A model generated the notes under the pieces. That model had not been told where the DNA came from and ran no database searches. It worked only from the letters and a program-made list of their open reading frames with translations. Positions 18,230-26,613 of a stretch of 64,000 bases of DNA are shown piece by piece. The translations under genes were made by a program, and so were the position numbers. Origin of the DNA: Bacteroidota bacterium (GTDB lineage Bacteria > Bacteroidota > Ignavibacteria > Palsa-1295). Position 1 is the first letter of the stretch, and each line of letters begins with the position of its first letter. The stretch is taken from the NCBI GenBank assembly GCA_018266755.1, contig JAFDZW010000002.1, positions 289,166 to 353,165 of the forward strand, in the 5' to 3' direction.

Positions 18230-19483
18230 ATGCTTTCAGCAGCCATTCTTTCCATCGGCGACGAGCTCCTCATTGGGCAGGTCGTCAACACCAATGCTTC
18301 GTATCTGAGCCAGCAACTCAACGCCATCGGCGTTGACGTGACGTCCGTCGTTACCGTCGGCGACGATGCCGTACAGTTACGTCGCGCCATCGACCGCGCG
18401 TGGAAGGAGCACGACGTCGTCATCGCCACCGGCGGCCTCGGCCCGACGCACGATGACATCTCGAAGCATATCGTCGCGAAGTACTTCAAGAAGCAATTGC
18501 ATCTCGACAAGGCTACGCTCAGGCGCGTCAAGGCCCGCTTTGTCGCCTACGGCTACAAGCGCATGCCGGAAGCGAACATCGGACAAGCGATGGTCCCCGA
18601 CGATTTCGAAGCGCTCGCGAATGCGCGTGGCACCGCTCCCGGACTCTGGTATCACACCAAAGGCAAGACATTCGTCATCCTCCCGGGCGTGCCGCATGAG
18701 ATGAAGCACCTGACCGAAACGCATCTCATCCGCCGCTTCAAGCAGATCTATGCGAAGAAGCTCGGTGCCGTTATTTTACATCGCACAGTGCTGACGACCG
18801 GCATCGGCGAATCTGCATTAGCGGAGAAGGTCGGGAATGTGAAGGATTTCCTCGAAACCGGCGCAACGCTCGCATTTTTGCCCAAGACAAGTGGCGTGCG
18901 CCTGCGCATCAGTGTTCGCCATGAGAGCGAGCGCACGGCCAACGCAATCATCGCGCGCATCGAGAAGAAGATCCGCGAGCGCGTCGGCACTGCGATCTTC
19001 GGCACGGAAGAGCAGACGCTCGAAGAAGTTGTGGTCGGTTTGCTTCGCGCGAAGAAGAAGACGCTTGCGACAGCCGAAAGCTGCACGGGCGGAATGCTTT
19101 CGATGCGCATCACGAATGTGAGCGGTTCGTCGAAGGTCTTCGAAGGCGGCGTGATCTCGTATTCCAACGAAGCGAAGATGCGCGAGCTCGGCGTCCCCGC
19201 CGCCATCATCAAGAAGCACGGCGCTGTGAGCGAAGAGACAGCCCGCGCGATGGCCGAAGGTGTACGCAAGAAGTTCGGTACCGACTACACGCTCGCCATT
19301 ACCGGCATTGCAGGTCCAGACGGCGGTACGAAAGAGAAGCCCGTCGGCACCGTGTACATCGCCCTTGCAAGCAAGAAACAAACACTCGTCAAGCTCGCCC
19401 ACTTCGGCGGCGAACGCCAGATCGTCCGCGAACGATCAGCCGACGCAGCGTTGGAGATGCTGCGGCGCGCACTGCTTTTGTAG
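18230..19483 (+). CDS. cinA: CinA-family protein (MoCF-binding N-domain plus nicotinamide-nucleotide amidase PncC-like C-domain)
   Basis: MLSAAILSIGDELLIGQVVNTNASYLSQQL..., ATGGLGPTHDDI, and C-terminal LATAESCTGGMLS...TGIAGPDGG. The ORF-track start at 17699 is an out-of-context extension through pgpA, so I used the ATG at 18230. Confidence 0.9.
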   Translation: MLSAAILSIGDELLIGQVVNTNASYLSQQLNAIGVDVTSVVTVGDDAVQLRRAIDRAWKEHDVVIATGGLGPTHDDISKHIVAKYFKKQLHLDKATLRRVKARFVAYGYKRMPEANIGQAMVPDDFEALANARGTAPGLWYHTKGKTFVILPGVPHEMKHLTETHLIRRFKQIYAKKLGAVILHRTVLTTGIGESALAEKVGNVKDFLETGATLAFLPKTSGVRLRISVRHESERTANAIIARIEKKIRERVGTAIFGTEEQTLEEVVVGLLRAKKKTLATAESCTGGMLSMRITNVSGSSKVFEGGVISYSNEAKMRELGVPAAIIKKHGAVSEETARAMAEGVRKKFGTDYTLAITGIAGPDGGTKEKPVGTVYIALASKKQTLVKLAHFGGERQIVRERSADAALEMLRRALLL

Positions 19484-19610
19484 GGCATTCGCTAATCCCT
19501 CTGTGCAGATCTCCGAGCAAAGAAGCAATCATTGCGCTCGATTACCTTGTCTGCGAACGCTTATTCGATACCGGGAAGGAGATACTCAGAACAATAATTC
19601 GACAAGCTTA

Positions 19611-20999
19611 CTATCTGCTAACGACGAACTTCGAGGTAATTAATTGCCCACGATCGGTTTCGAATACAATCGAATAGACACCCGGTGATAGGGCGGATAA
19701 ATCCACTGTCGTTGTCGAACTGCCCGACACCATACGCATTGTCACTTGCCGACCGAGTAGGTCGTAGAGTCGATACCGCACCGCATCGAGCGGCACTGAA
19801 ACCGTCACGGTCCGTACTGCAGGATTTGGATACATCGCGAAGCTGCCTATTGCTCGCTTCGTTGCCACTTCATTCTGACCGGACCATTGACCTTGTGCGA
19901 TTATGGCTTGCCCGGGTGCATACAACGGGAATGCCTGGAAGCATGCAATAATGTGCCGATCGGATGTAACGGCCAATCCTTGGGTTAAACCGAAATTGTA
20001 GTTTGTGTCGAGTAGTGCCGAGTCCAGTTGCCACGTGGCTCCCCGATCGAAGCTCACGAACAGGCTGCTATGTGCATTCCCGCCCGCGATCACAGTGTCC
20101 GATGTTAGCGGGGTGCTACAAGTGGTCCCGCCGCCATACCAATATGATCGGCATACATACGGTGTTCCCCAATGCTTGCCGCCATCCACCGTACGTATGA
20201 TAAAGCAATAGCCAGGCATTGTATCCAGTTGGTCTCCTTCACGCCCCCATTCTCCGTACGCCAATATTGTATCACCCAAACCAAAGGTACAGCGATTTAC
20301 AAACTTACTTTGCCAATGCTTGTCAATAGTGGAGTCAAATACCATCCGAGTGGAGTCTACCGTACGGAATGTGTCAAGTGTCGTATATACCTCACCTGTT
20401 TGGTAATTCACAACACGATATTTACCATTGCCGTACGAATGGCACTGACATACATTGAGAACGTTGAATGGGGCTACGTTCCAATGCATGCCACCGTCAA
20501 ATGTTAAATGGATCGTGTTCGAATATCCTGGTGCAACAGCAATTCCGGTAAGACGATCGGAAAAATGAATGTCGACTACACGGTAAGGCGTCTCGCACTG
20601 CTGTTTTATCCAATGTTCCCCACCATCAAAGGTCCGAAGAATGACACCAGAATCTGTAGCCGCTACGGCATGCAACGAGTCGATCTGTTGAATCTGGGAA
20701 AATCCTCGCCCAACATCAGTAAATGTCTGTGGAAGGTCAATATTTGGCTGTTGCTCGATCCAAGTCTGGCCGGCATCGGTGCTGCGAAAAAAGGCAGGGG
20801 TCCATGTCGGGCCATCGTAGTCAACGATCTCGGCTCCGACAATACAGACATTGCCAGAGCACGACGCACGATGGAAGTAATACCGGACTGCCCCTATCTG
20901 GTCGGTATGCACAACATGCCAACGGGGCTGAGCCTTGATACCGCTGACTGCAATGATACAGAAAATCAAGAAATAAATTCGAACGGGAGCCATGAGCAT
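19611..20999 (-). CDS. secreted Asp-box (BNR) beta-propeller protein with T9SS C-terminal sorting domain
   Basis: Signal peptide MLMAPVRIYFLIFCIIAVSGIKAQ. Five Asp-boxes: STDAGQTW, TFDGGEHW, TFDGGMHW, TVDGGKHW, SFDRGATW. Tail MYPNPAVRTVTVSV...YRLYDLLGRQV...LSPGVYSIVFETDRGQLITSKFVVSR. Confidence 0.82.
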   Translation of the reverse strand: MLMAPVRIYFLIFCIIAVSGIKAQPRWHVVHTDQIGAVRYYFHRASCSGNVCIVGAEIVDYDGPTWTPAFFRSTDAGQTWIEQQPNIDLPQTFTDVGRGFSQIQQIDSLHAVAATDSGVILRTFDGGEHWIKQQCETPYRVVDIHFSDRLTGIAVAPGYSNTIHLTFDGGMHWNVAPFNVLNVCQCHSYGNGKYRVVNYQTGEVYTTLDTFRTVDSTRMVFDSTIDKHWQSKFVNRCTFGLGDTILAYGEWGREGDQLDTMPGYCFIIRTVDGGKHWGTPYVCRSYWYGGGTTCSTPLTSDTVIAGGNAHSSLFVSFDRGATWQLDSALLDTNYNFGLTQGLAVTSDRHIIACFQAFPLYAPGQAIIAQGQWSGQNEVATKRAIGSFAMYPNPAVRTVTVSVPLDAVRYRLYDLLGRQVTMRMVSGSSTTTVDLSALSPGVYSIVFETDRGQLITSKFVVSR

Positions 21000-21115
21000 C
21001 TCCGAGTGCATCGATATTATGATAGTTGCTAAAGTGACGCACGAACGATACGCAACGTTCCATACATGGGAAACAGCTCCATGCAATATAGCACCCCGAC
21101 ACCACTTCGGCCGTA

Positions 21116-21255
21116 GTGGCTCCGTTTCAACTCTATTTCTGCGGTCATTCTGAGCAAAGCGAGGAATCCCTGCGGCGGAGACTCACTACGTTTCATCAAG
21201 GGATTCTTCGCTTTGCTCAGAATGACTGTTGTGTAAGCCATCCGAACGGTGCCAC
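21116..21255. repeat. palindromic element family A, copy 4 (core 21144-21226 plus outer arms)
   Basis: GTCATTCTGAGCAAAGCGAGGAATCCCTGCGG...CAAGGGATTCTTCGCTTTGCTCAGAATGAC. Arm substitutions are compensatory (A/T pair). Outer arms are GTGGCTCCGTTTCAAC... and ...GAACGGTGCCAC. Confidence 0.88.
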
Positions 21256-21425
21256 CATCTCATCCGCTGTGAACTTGTTTGAGGCAAGGAGGAAGACCCG
21301 CTGTTAACATCCTTTACTCCCGGCGTCGCTCGGGTTCGCGAAGTGCCGAATGCTCGCGCGATTGGCCATTCCATCCGCTCGGCACGCTTCTTGAACACTC
21401 CTTCCCCGTAGAAAGGAGTACCACG

Positions 21426-22001
21426 ATGCCTACGCTACAAGGATCACGGACCGAAGCGAACTTGCTCAAGGCATTTGCCGGCGAGTCGCAGGCCAGAATG
21501 CGTTACGATTTCTACGCATCGCAAGCCAAAAAAGAAGGATTAGAACAGATCTCCGCGATCTTCCTCGAGACCTCGGCAAACGAACGCGAGCATGCGAAGC
21601 GGTTCTTCAAATTCCTTGAAGGCCGCGCGCTCGAGATCACCGCAACCTATCCGGCCGGCAAGATCGGCACCACGCTCGAGAACCTCCGCGCGGCTGCCGA
21701 AGGCGAGACCGAAGAATGGACCACACTCTACCCGGAATTCTCGCGCATCGCCGAAGAAGAAGGCTTCAAGGAGATCGCCTCCGCGTTCAAGCTGATCGCC
21801 CGCGTCGAGCGCGCTCATGCCGACCGCTACAACAAGCTCTATTCGAATCTCGAAGAAGGCCGCGTGTTCGAGCGTGAGGGCGTGATGACGTGGAAGTGCC
21901 GCAACTGCGGCTATCTGCACGAAGGCCGCAAAGCGCCGGAGGTCTGTCCCGCCTGCATGCATCCGCAGAGCTTCTTTGAGTTGGTGGACGAGAATTTCTG
22001 A
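21426..22001 (+). CDS. rbr: rubrerythrin
   Basis: MPTLQGSRTEANLLKAFAGESQARMRYDFYASQAKKEG...NEREHAKRFF (diiron four-helix bundle) plus a C-terminal rubredoxin-like WKCRNCGY...CPACMHP. AAAGGAG lies upstream of the ATG at 21426. Confidence 0.92.
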   Translation: MPTLQGSRTEANLLKAFAGESQARMRYDFYASQAKKEGLEQISAIFLETSANEREHAKRFFKFLEGRALEITATYPAGKIGTTLENLRAAAEGETEEWTTLYPEFSRIAEEEGFKEIASAFKLIARVERAHADRYNKLYSNLEEGRVFEREGVMTWKCRNCGYLHEGRKAPEVCPACMHPQSFFELVDENF

Positions 22002-22019
22002 GCGAGTAGCACTTATCTT

Positions 22020-22135
22020 GTCATTGCGAGGAATCCGCGAAGCGGATGACGAAGCAATCTGGAATGTTCGGATGCGGAAGTAAGCCGCGCGATTTCAGAT
22101 TGCTTCGTCGCGCAGAAGCGCTTCTTCGCAATGAC
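22020..22135. repeat. palindromic element type B (GTCATTGCGAGGAA... variant with nested inner hairpin)
   Basis: Outer arms GTCATTGCGAGGAATCCGCGAAGCG / CGCTTCTTCGCAATGAC. Inner arms GACGAAGCAATCT / AGATTGCTTCGTC. Confidence 0.8.
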
Positions 22136-22180
22136 ATTTTTTGTGTGCAGAGGCGAGCACGGACGCGAGTGATGATCCTG

Positions 22181-22209
22181 AAGGGATTCTTCGCTTCGCT
22201 CAGAATGAC
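22181..22209. repeat. solo right half of a family A element
   Basis: AAGGGATTCTTCGCTTCGCTCAGAATGAC with no matching left arm nearby. Confidence 0.75.
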
Positions 22210-22253
22210 AGGCTACCCACCATTTATCCAGTGTTGTCTCCTTTCGATACTAC

Positions 22254-22287
22254 ACAAAAAAATAGCCCTCGCGTTCTGCGAGGGCTC
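22254..22287 (-). terminator. rho-independent terminator downstream of hsp20
   Basis: The minus strand reads AGCCCTCGC-agaacg-GCGAGGGCT followed by ATTTTTTTGTGT. Confidence 0.75.
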
Positions 22288-22363
22288 ACTGTACGGGGCT
22301 AGCCGATGCATGCGGTAGCCGGCCGCCGACAGTTTCATCCTTTCATCCCGGAGGATTAGGGGA

Positions 22364-22810
22364 CTACTGAATCGGAACGATCTGTTCTTCTTCCTTCGGT
22401 TTGGAGGCGCCGTTTTTGGGAATCGTTACCTCAAGTATTCCATCCTTCACAGTTGCAACGATCTTATCTTTCTTGAAGCCCTCCGGAAGTTCGAACTGAC
22501 GGACGAATTCGCCGAACGAACGTTCGACACGATGATAGTCCTTCTCTTTCTTTTCTTCCTTGCGTTCTTTCTTGCCTCGGATTGTCAGAATGCCTTCCGA
22601 GATCGAGATCTTCACATCTTCTTTCGTCATTCCCGGCAGTTCGGCCGTCAGATACAGATTCTTCTCATCTTCCGACGTATCGACCTTTGGCATATATTCC
22701 GGTTTCTCGAACGTGGTGGACACCGGCCACTTGAAGCTTTCGAAGAAATGCTTCATCTCATGTTCTGCGCTCTCGAGCGAACGCCACGGATCAAATTTCA
22801 CGAGTGACAT
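22364..22810 (-). CDS. hsp20: Hsp20/alpha-crystallin family small heat-shock protein
   Basis: PKVDTSEDEKNLYLTAELPGMTKEDVKISISEGILTIRGKKE...YHRVERSFGEFVRQFELPEGFKKDKIVATVKDGILEVTIPK is a canonical alpha-crystallin domain. Confidence 0.92.
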   Translation of the reverse strand: MSLVKFDPWRSLESAEHEMKHFFESFKWPVSTTFEKPEYMPKVDTSEDEKNLYLTAELPGMTKEDVKISISEGILTIRGKKERKEEKKEKDYHRVERSFGEFVRQFELPEGFKKDKIVATVKDGILEVTIPKNGASKPKEEEQIVPIQ

Positions 22811-23256
22811 GACCTTGCTCCTTTTGTTGATCGTGTTAATAGATCGTCATTAAAAGATCGGAAGATGTACTGTCGGATCGATATGTGCCCACGGTTCGTC
22901 CGTATTCTGCTGTTTTGTCTCGGCCTCATGTGCTGCTGTCAAGACGGCAGCATGAGGCGCTCCGACTGCAAGAGGCTGCGATGTGGTGCGCGCCATTTCG
23001 GTACTCCCCGGTGATCGGCGCAACGTTCGTGCACCCTGAACGACGAGGGGTGCACAAAGAAACGCTAACGTTGTGTGCGGTATCATCGGAGTATCCTTTC
23101 AAACAGTACATCTTATCCGCGTACACGCATGCATCTTGCAAACTGTGTGCCACAACAGATTCAGTCACAAACTCAATCGCTTACCGATAGGCCGTCGACT
23201 GTACGTGTATTGATTTTTACATACCGACAATAATTTTCCTCACTGCCTATCGTGTG

Positions 23257-25647
23257 TTACACCACACGTTCCGCCTCGACCATATTTTCGATTCCACGAA
23301 GTAACGCATCCGGGTTGAACGAGATACTGTCGATTCCCTGCTCAACGAGGAAGCGTGCGAACTCGGGCCAATCGCTCGGTGCCTGACCACAAAGACCGAT
23401 CTTTGCCCCGCTTGCTTTGGCCGTATGAATGACCTGCGCGATCATCGCTTTCACGGCATCGTTGTTCTCGTCGAACAGGTCGCTGACAATCGCCGAATCG
23501 CGGTCGAGACCAAGCGTGAGCTGCGTCAGGTCGTTCGAACCGATCGAAAAGCCGTCGAACACTTCTGCGAACTCACGCGCGAGGATGACATTGCTCGGGA
23601 TCTCGGCCATGACATAGATCTCAAGGCCATTCTCGCCGCGCACGAGGCCGTGCTTCGCCATCTCCGCGACAACTTTCTTGCCTTCGTCAACAGTGCGGCA
23701 AAACGGGATCATCAATTTGACGTTCGTGAGTCCCATCGTTTCACGGACTTCTTTCATCGCAAGGCATTCGAGTCGGAAACCGTCGCGATATCGCTCGTTG
23801 TAATACCGCGATGCCCCGCGCCAACCAAGCATCGGATTTTCCTCGTCGGGCTCGAACTGCTTACCGCCGAGAAGATTCGCATATTCGTTACTCTTAAAAT
23901 CGCTCATTCGAACAATCACGTCATGCGGATGGAATGCTGCGGCGATCGTAGCAACCGCTTGGGCCAGACGCTCGACGAAGAAGCGCGTTTTATCGGCATA
24001 CCCTGTTGTCAACGAATCGATCTCTGCTTTCACCACAGAGTCGCGAAGTTCGTCGAACTTCACCAACGCCATCGGATGAATACGGATGGCATTCGTAATA
24101 ATAAACTCGAGACGCATCAATCCCACACCGCGGTTGGGATAGAATGACAAGCCAAATGCTTTGTCGGGGTCGCCGACGATCAGCATGGGCGCCGTGCGCG
24201 GCATGGTGACAGAGTTGAAGTTGATCGTCTGTTCACTCCAGTCGAGCTTGCCGTCGTATATCTTCCCGGTCATTCCTTCGGCGCAAGAAACAGTGACGAT
24301 GCTTCCGTCGGCGATCGCACTTGTTGCATTAACGCATCCGACAACAGCGACGGCGCCGACTTCGCGTGCAACAATCGCTGCATGGCTGGTGCGTCCGCCT
24401 TTGTTCGTGACAATGGCGGATGCTTTTTTCAGGATAGGGTCCCAGTCGGGATTCGTAATATCGGTCACCAGTACATCGCCGGGTTGCAGCGCATCGGCGT
24501 CTGTCGGCGAGAGGATGATCCGCGCCGTCCCGGCTGCAAGACCGGAACCGACGGCGCTCCCGCGTGCGAGCACGTTTCCTGTCGACGTCAGTGTATATGT
24601 TCGCTTTGTGTACGGATCGCGTGACGAGTGAACGGTCTCGGGCCGTGCCTGTACGATGAAGAGTTCGCCGCTGACTCCATCTTTCGCCCATTCGATATCC
24701 ATCGGCCGGCCGTAATGCTCTTCAATGCAGACGCACCATTCGGCGATGTGTGTGATCTCCTCGTCGCCAACTACCCAACGCGAGCGCTGTTCAACCGGCG
24801 TGTCGGTGTTCACCGAGCCTCCACCCGGCGCAAAGACCATCGTCTTTGCCTTCGTCCCGAGCGTCCTCGACAGTATAGCCTGCTTTCCAGCTCGGAGCGT
24901 GGGTTTGAAGATCGTAAATTCGTCAGGGTTCACCGCACCCTGTACTACATTTTCACCTAAGCCCCATGCGCCGTCGATGACAACGACGTTGCGAAAACCG
25001 GATTCAGGATCGAGCGTGAACGCAACACCCGAACTTGCCAGATCGGAACGAACCATTAATTGGATCCCCGCTGAAAGCGCGACTTTCAGATGATCGAATC
25101 CGTTATCGACACGGTACTTGATAGCACGAGCACTATAGAGCGACGCAAAGCATTGATGCACTGCACGGACAATGTCATCGGCGCCGCGGCGATTGAGAAA
25201 GGATTCATGCTGCCCGGCAAAACTCGCGTCCGGCAAATCCTCTGCCGTTGCGCTGCTGCGAACGGCCACAGCGACTTCCCGACCGTAACGCTCGCAGAGT
25301 CCGGCGTACGCTGCGGTCACTGCATCCGCAATGGCTGTCGGCATCATGGCACTTTCAAGTAAGGCATGTGTCCGCTCCCCGACCTCGTTGAGATTGTCGA
25401 ACGTCGTAGTGTCGAGTGTCGCGAGTTCTGCACGCAACGGAGCCTCGAGGGTATTCTCGCTGAGGAAGAGCCGGAAGGCATCGGCGGTCGTGGCAAAACC
25501 ATCCGGCACTCGTACACCGACGCCCGCAAGCGAACGAAGCATTTCTCCGAGCGATGCATTTTTGCCACCGACGATGGCGACATCACGGTTCGTGATCTCG
25601 GCAAATGGCAGCACGAGTGTCTGCGCGTGTTCCGGGCGGTTGTTCAT
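23257..25647 (-). CDS. ppsA: phosphoenolpyruvate synthase (pyruvate, water dikinase)
   Basis: 796 aa. It has an ATP-grasp N-domain (VGGKNASLGEM), the phospho-histidine swivel motif GGRTSHAAIVAREVGAVAVVG, and a PEP-utilising C-terminal TIM barrel (…FFSIGSNDLTQLTLG… type block FSIGSNDLTQLTLGLDRD). Confidence 0.95.
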   Translation of the reverse strand: MNNRPEHAQTLVLPFAEITNRDVAIVGGKNASLGEMLRSLAGVGVRVPDGFATTADAFRLFLSENTLEAPLRAELATLDTTTFDNLNEVGERTHALLESAMMPTAIADAVTAAYAGLCERYGREVAVAVRSSATAEDLPDASFAGQHESFLNRRGADDIVRAVHQCFASLYSARAIKYRVDNGFDHLKVALSAGIQLMVRSDLASSGVAFTLDPESGFRNVVVIDGAWGLGENVVQGAVNPDEFTIFKPTLRAGKQAILSRTLGTKAKTMVFAPGGGSVNTDTPVEQRSRWVVGDEEITHIAEWCVCIEEHYGRPMDIEWAKDGVSGELFIVQARPETVHSSRDPYTKRTYTLTSTGNVLARGSAVGSGLAAGTARIILSPTDADALQPGDVLVTDITNPDWDPILKKASAIVTNKGGRTSHAAIVAREVGAVAVVGCVNATSAIADGSIVTVSCAEGMTGKIYDGKLDWSEQTINFNSVTMPRTAPMLIVGDPDKAFGLSFYPNRGVGLMRLEFIITNAIRIHPMALVKFDELRDSVVKAEIDSLTTGYADKTRFFVERLAQAVATIAAAFHPHDVIVRMSDFKSNEYANLLGGKQFEPDEENPMLGWRGASRYYNERYRDGFRLECLAMKEVRETMGLTNVKLMIPFCRTVDEGKKVVAEMAKHGLVRGENGLEIYVMAEIPSNVILAREFAEVFDGFSIGSNDLTQLTLGLDRDSAIVSDLFDENNDAVKAMIAQVIHTAKASGAKIGLCGQAPSDWPEFARFLVEQGIDSISFNPDALLRGIENMVEAERVV

Positions 25648-25929
25648 GGCATTGAATAGATATCGACGTGTGATATACGCAACATGTAATGCAATTTACG
25701 TGCAGAACCGTCTCTGTATCGTGCCAGCGTCATTCTGCCACATTGCGCGTGACAACACGCGATGGAAGCACGGCCTCTGCAACTCCTCGGTGACAAGATT
25801 TCTTTCGGCTCGCATTGCCATGTGTCAATTGTGTACGCGGATAAGCATTATTTCTAGTGGCACGGAATTTGTGTCGATCTTCTCAGCGACCCCACCCTCG
25901 CAGCATAAATAGAAAGGGAGGAAAGGGAA

Positions 25930-26466
25930 ATGAGACAGCTACTATTCCTCGCATTGATCGCCACGACGCCGATCCTGCTCAACAGTTGTACCGTGAACAA
26001 GGACTTCTCGTTTGGGCTCGATAGAGAGTTCGTCGTGAATAACTACTCGTCAACGACGTACTCGCGAAGCGATACTGCAGATGCGAACAAAGCAAGTTCC
26101 GATTTTACAAAGTATAAGTCCGACATGCAATCGCTCGAAATCGAGCGCGCAACATACACAATCACCTCGTTCAGCGGATCGGCAACCCAGACGATCGTCT
26201 CCGGTTCGCTAGCCGTAAGCGACATTCGCGGCGGGACAAGCATCACACTGGCATCAATTAGTAATGTCAACCTATCTAGTGTCGCAGCAATGACCCAGGA
26301 GCTGCCATTATCTGACGCGGGGAAGCAATTCTTCAAAGACCAATTACTGGGCTCCGCGGGCGCAGCGATCCTGACATTCAGCGCTACGACGAATGAAACA
26401 CCGATCACGTTCACGGTACGCTTCCACTTCGATATCAAAGCTACGTACGAGAAGTCGTTCCCGTAG
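25930..26466 (+). CDS. hypothetical lipoprotein
   Basis: MRQLLFLALIATTPILLNSC lipobox with GGGAGGAAAGGG upstream. No recognisable domain. Confidence 0.65.
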   Translation: MRQLLFLALIATTPILLNSCTVNKDFSFGLDREFVVNNYSSTTYSRSDTADANKASSDFTKYKSDMQSLEIERATYTITSFSGSATQTIVSGSLAVSDIRGGTSITLASISNVNLSSVAAMTQELPLSDAGKQFFKDQLLGSAGAAILTFSATTNETPITFTVRFHFDIKATYEKSFP

Positions 26467-26613
26467 GCGGAGATGACGATACGCACGGAGGCTGCGCGTG
26501 ACCGGTAGATGAACCGACGGCCGGTGTGCTCCCTTTCGCACACCGGCCGTAGCGGGCATTCAATAAGACTTGCGTTGTTGGTCGATTTGAAGGAGTCGCT
26601 GGAGGCTCCACGT

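Noticed and set aside
22811-22900. A CIRCE (HrcA operator) or ROSE-type RNA thermometer in front of hsp20.
   Set aside because: No TTAGCACTC-N9-GAGTGCTAA palindrome, and no U(U/C)GCU-type anti-SD hairpin around the AAGGAG RBS.
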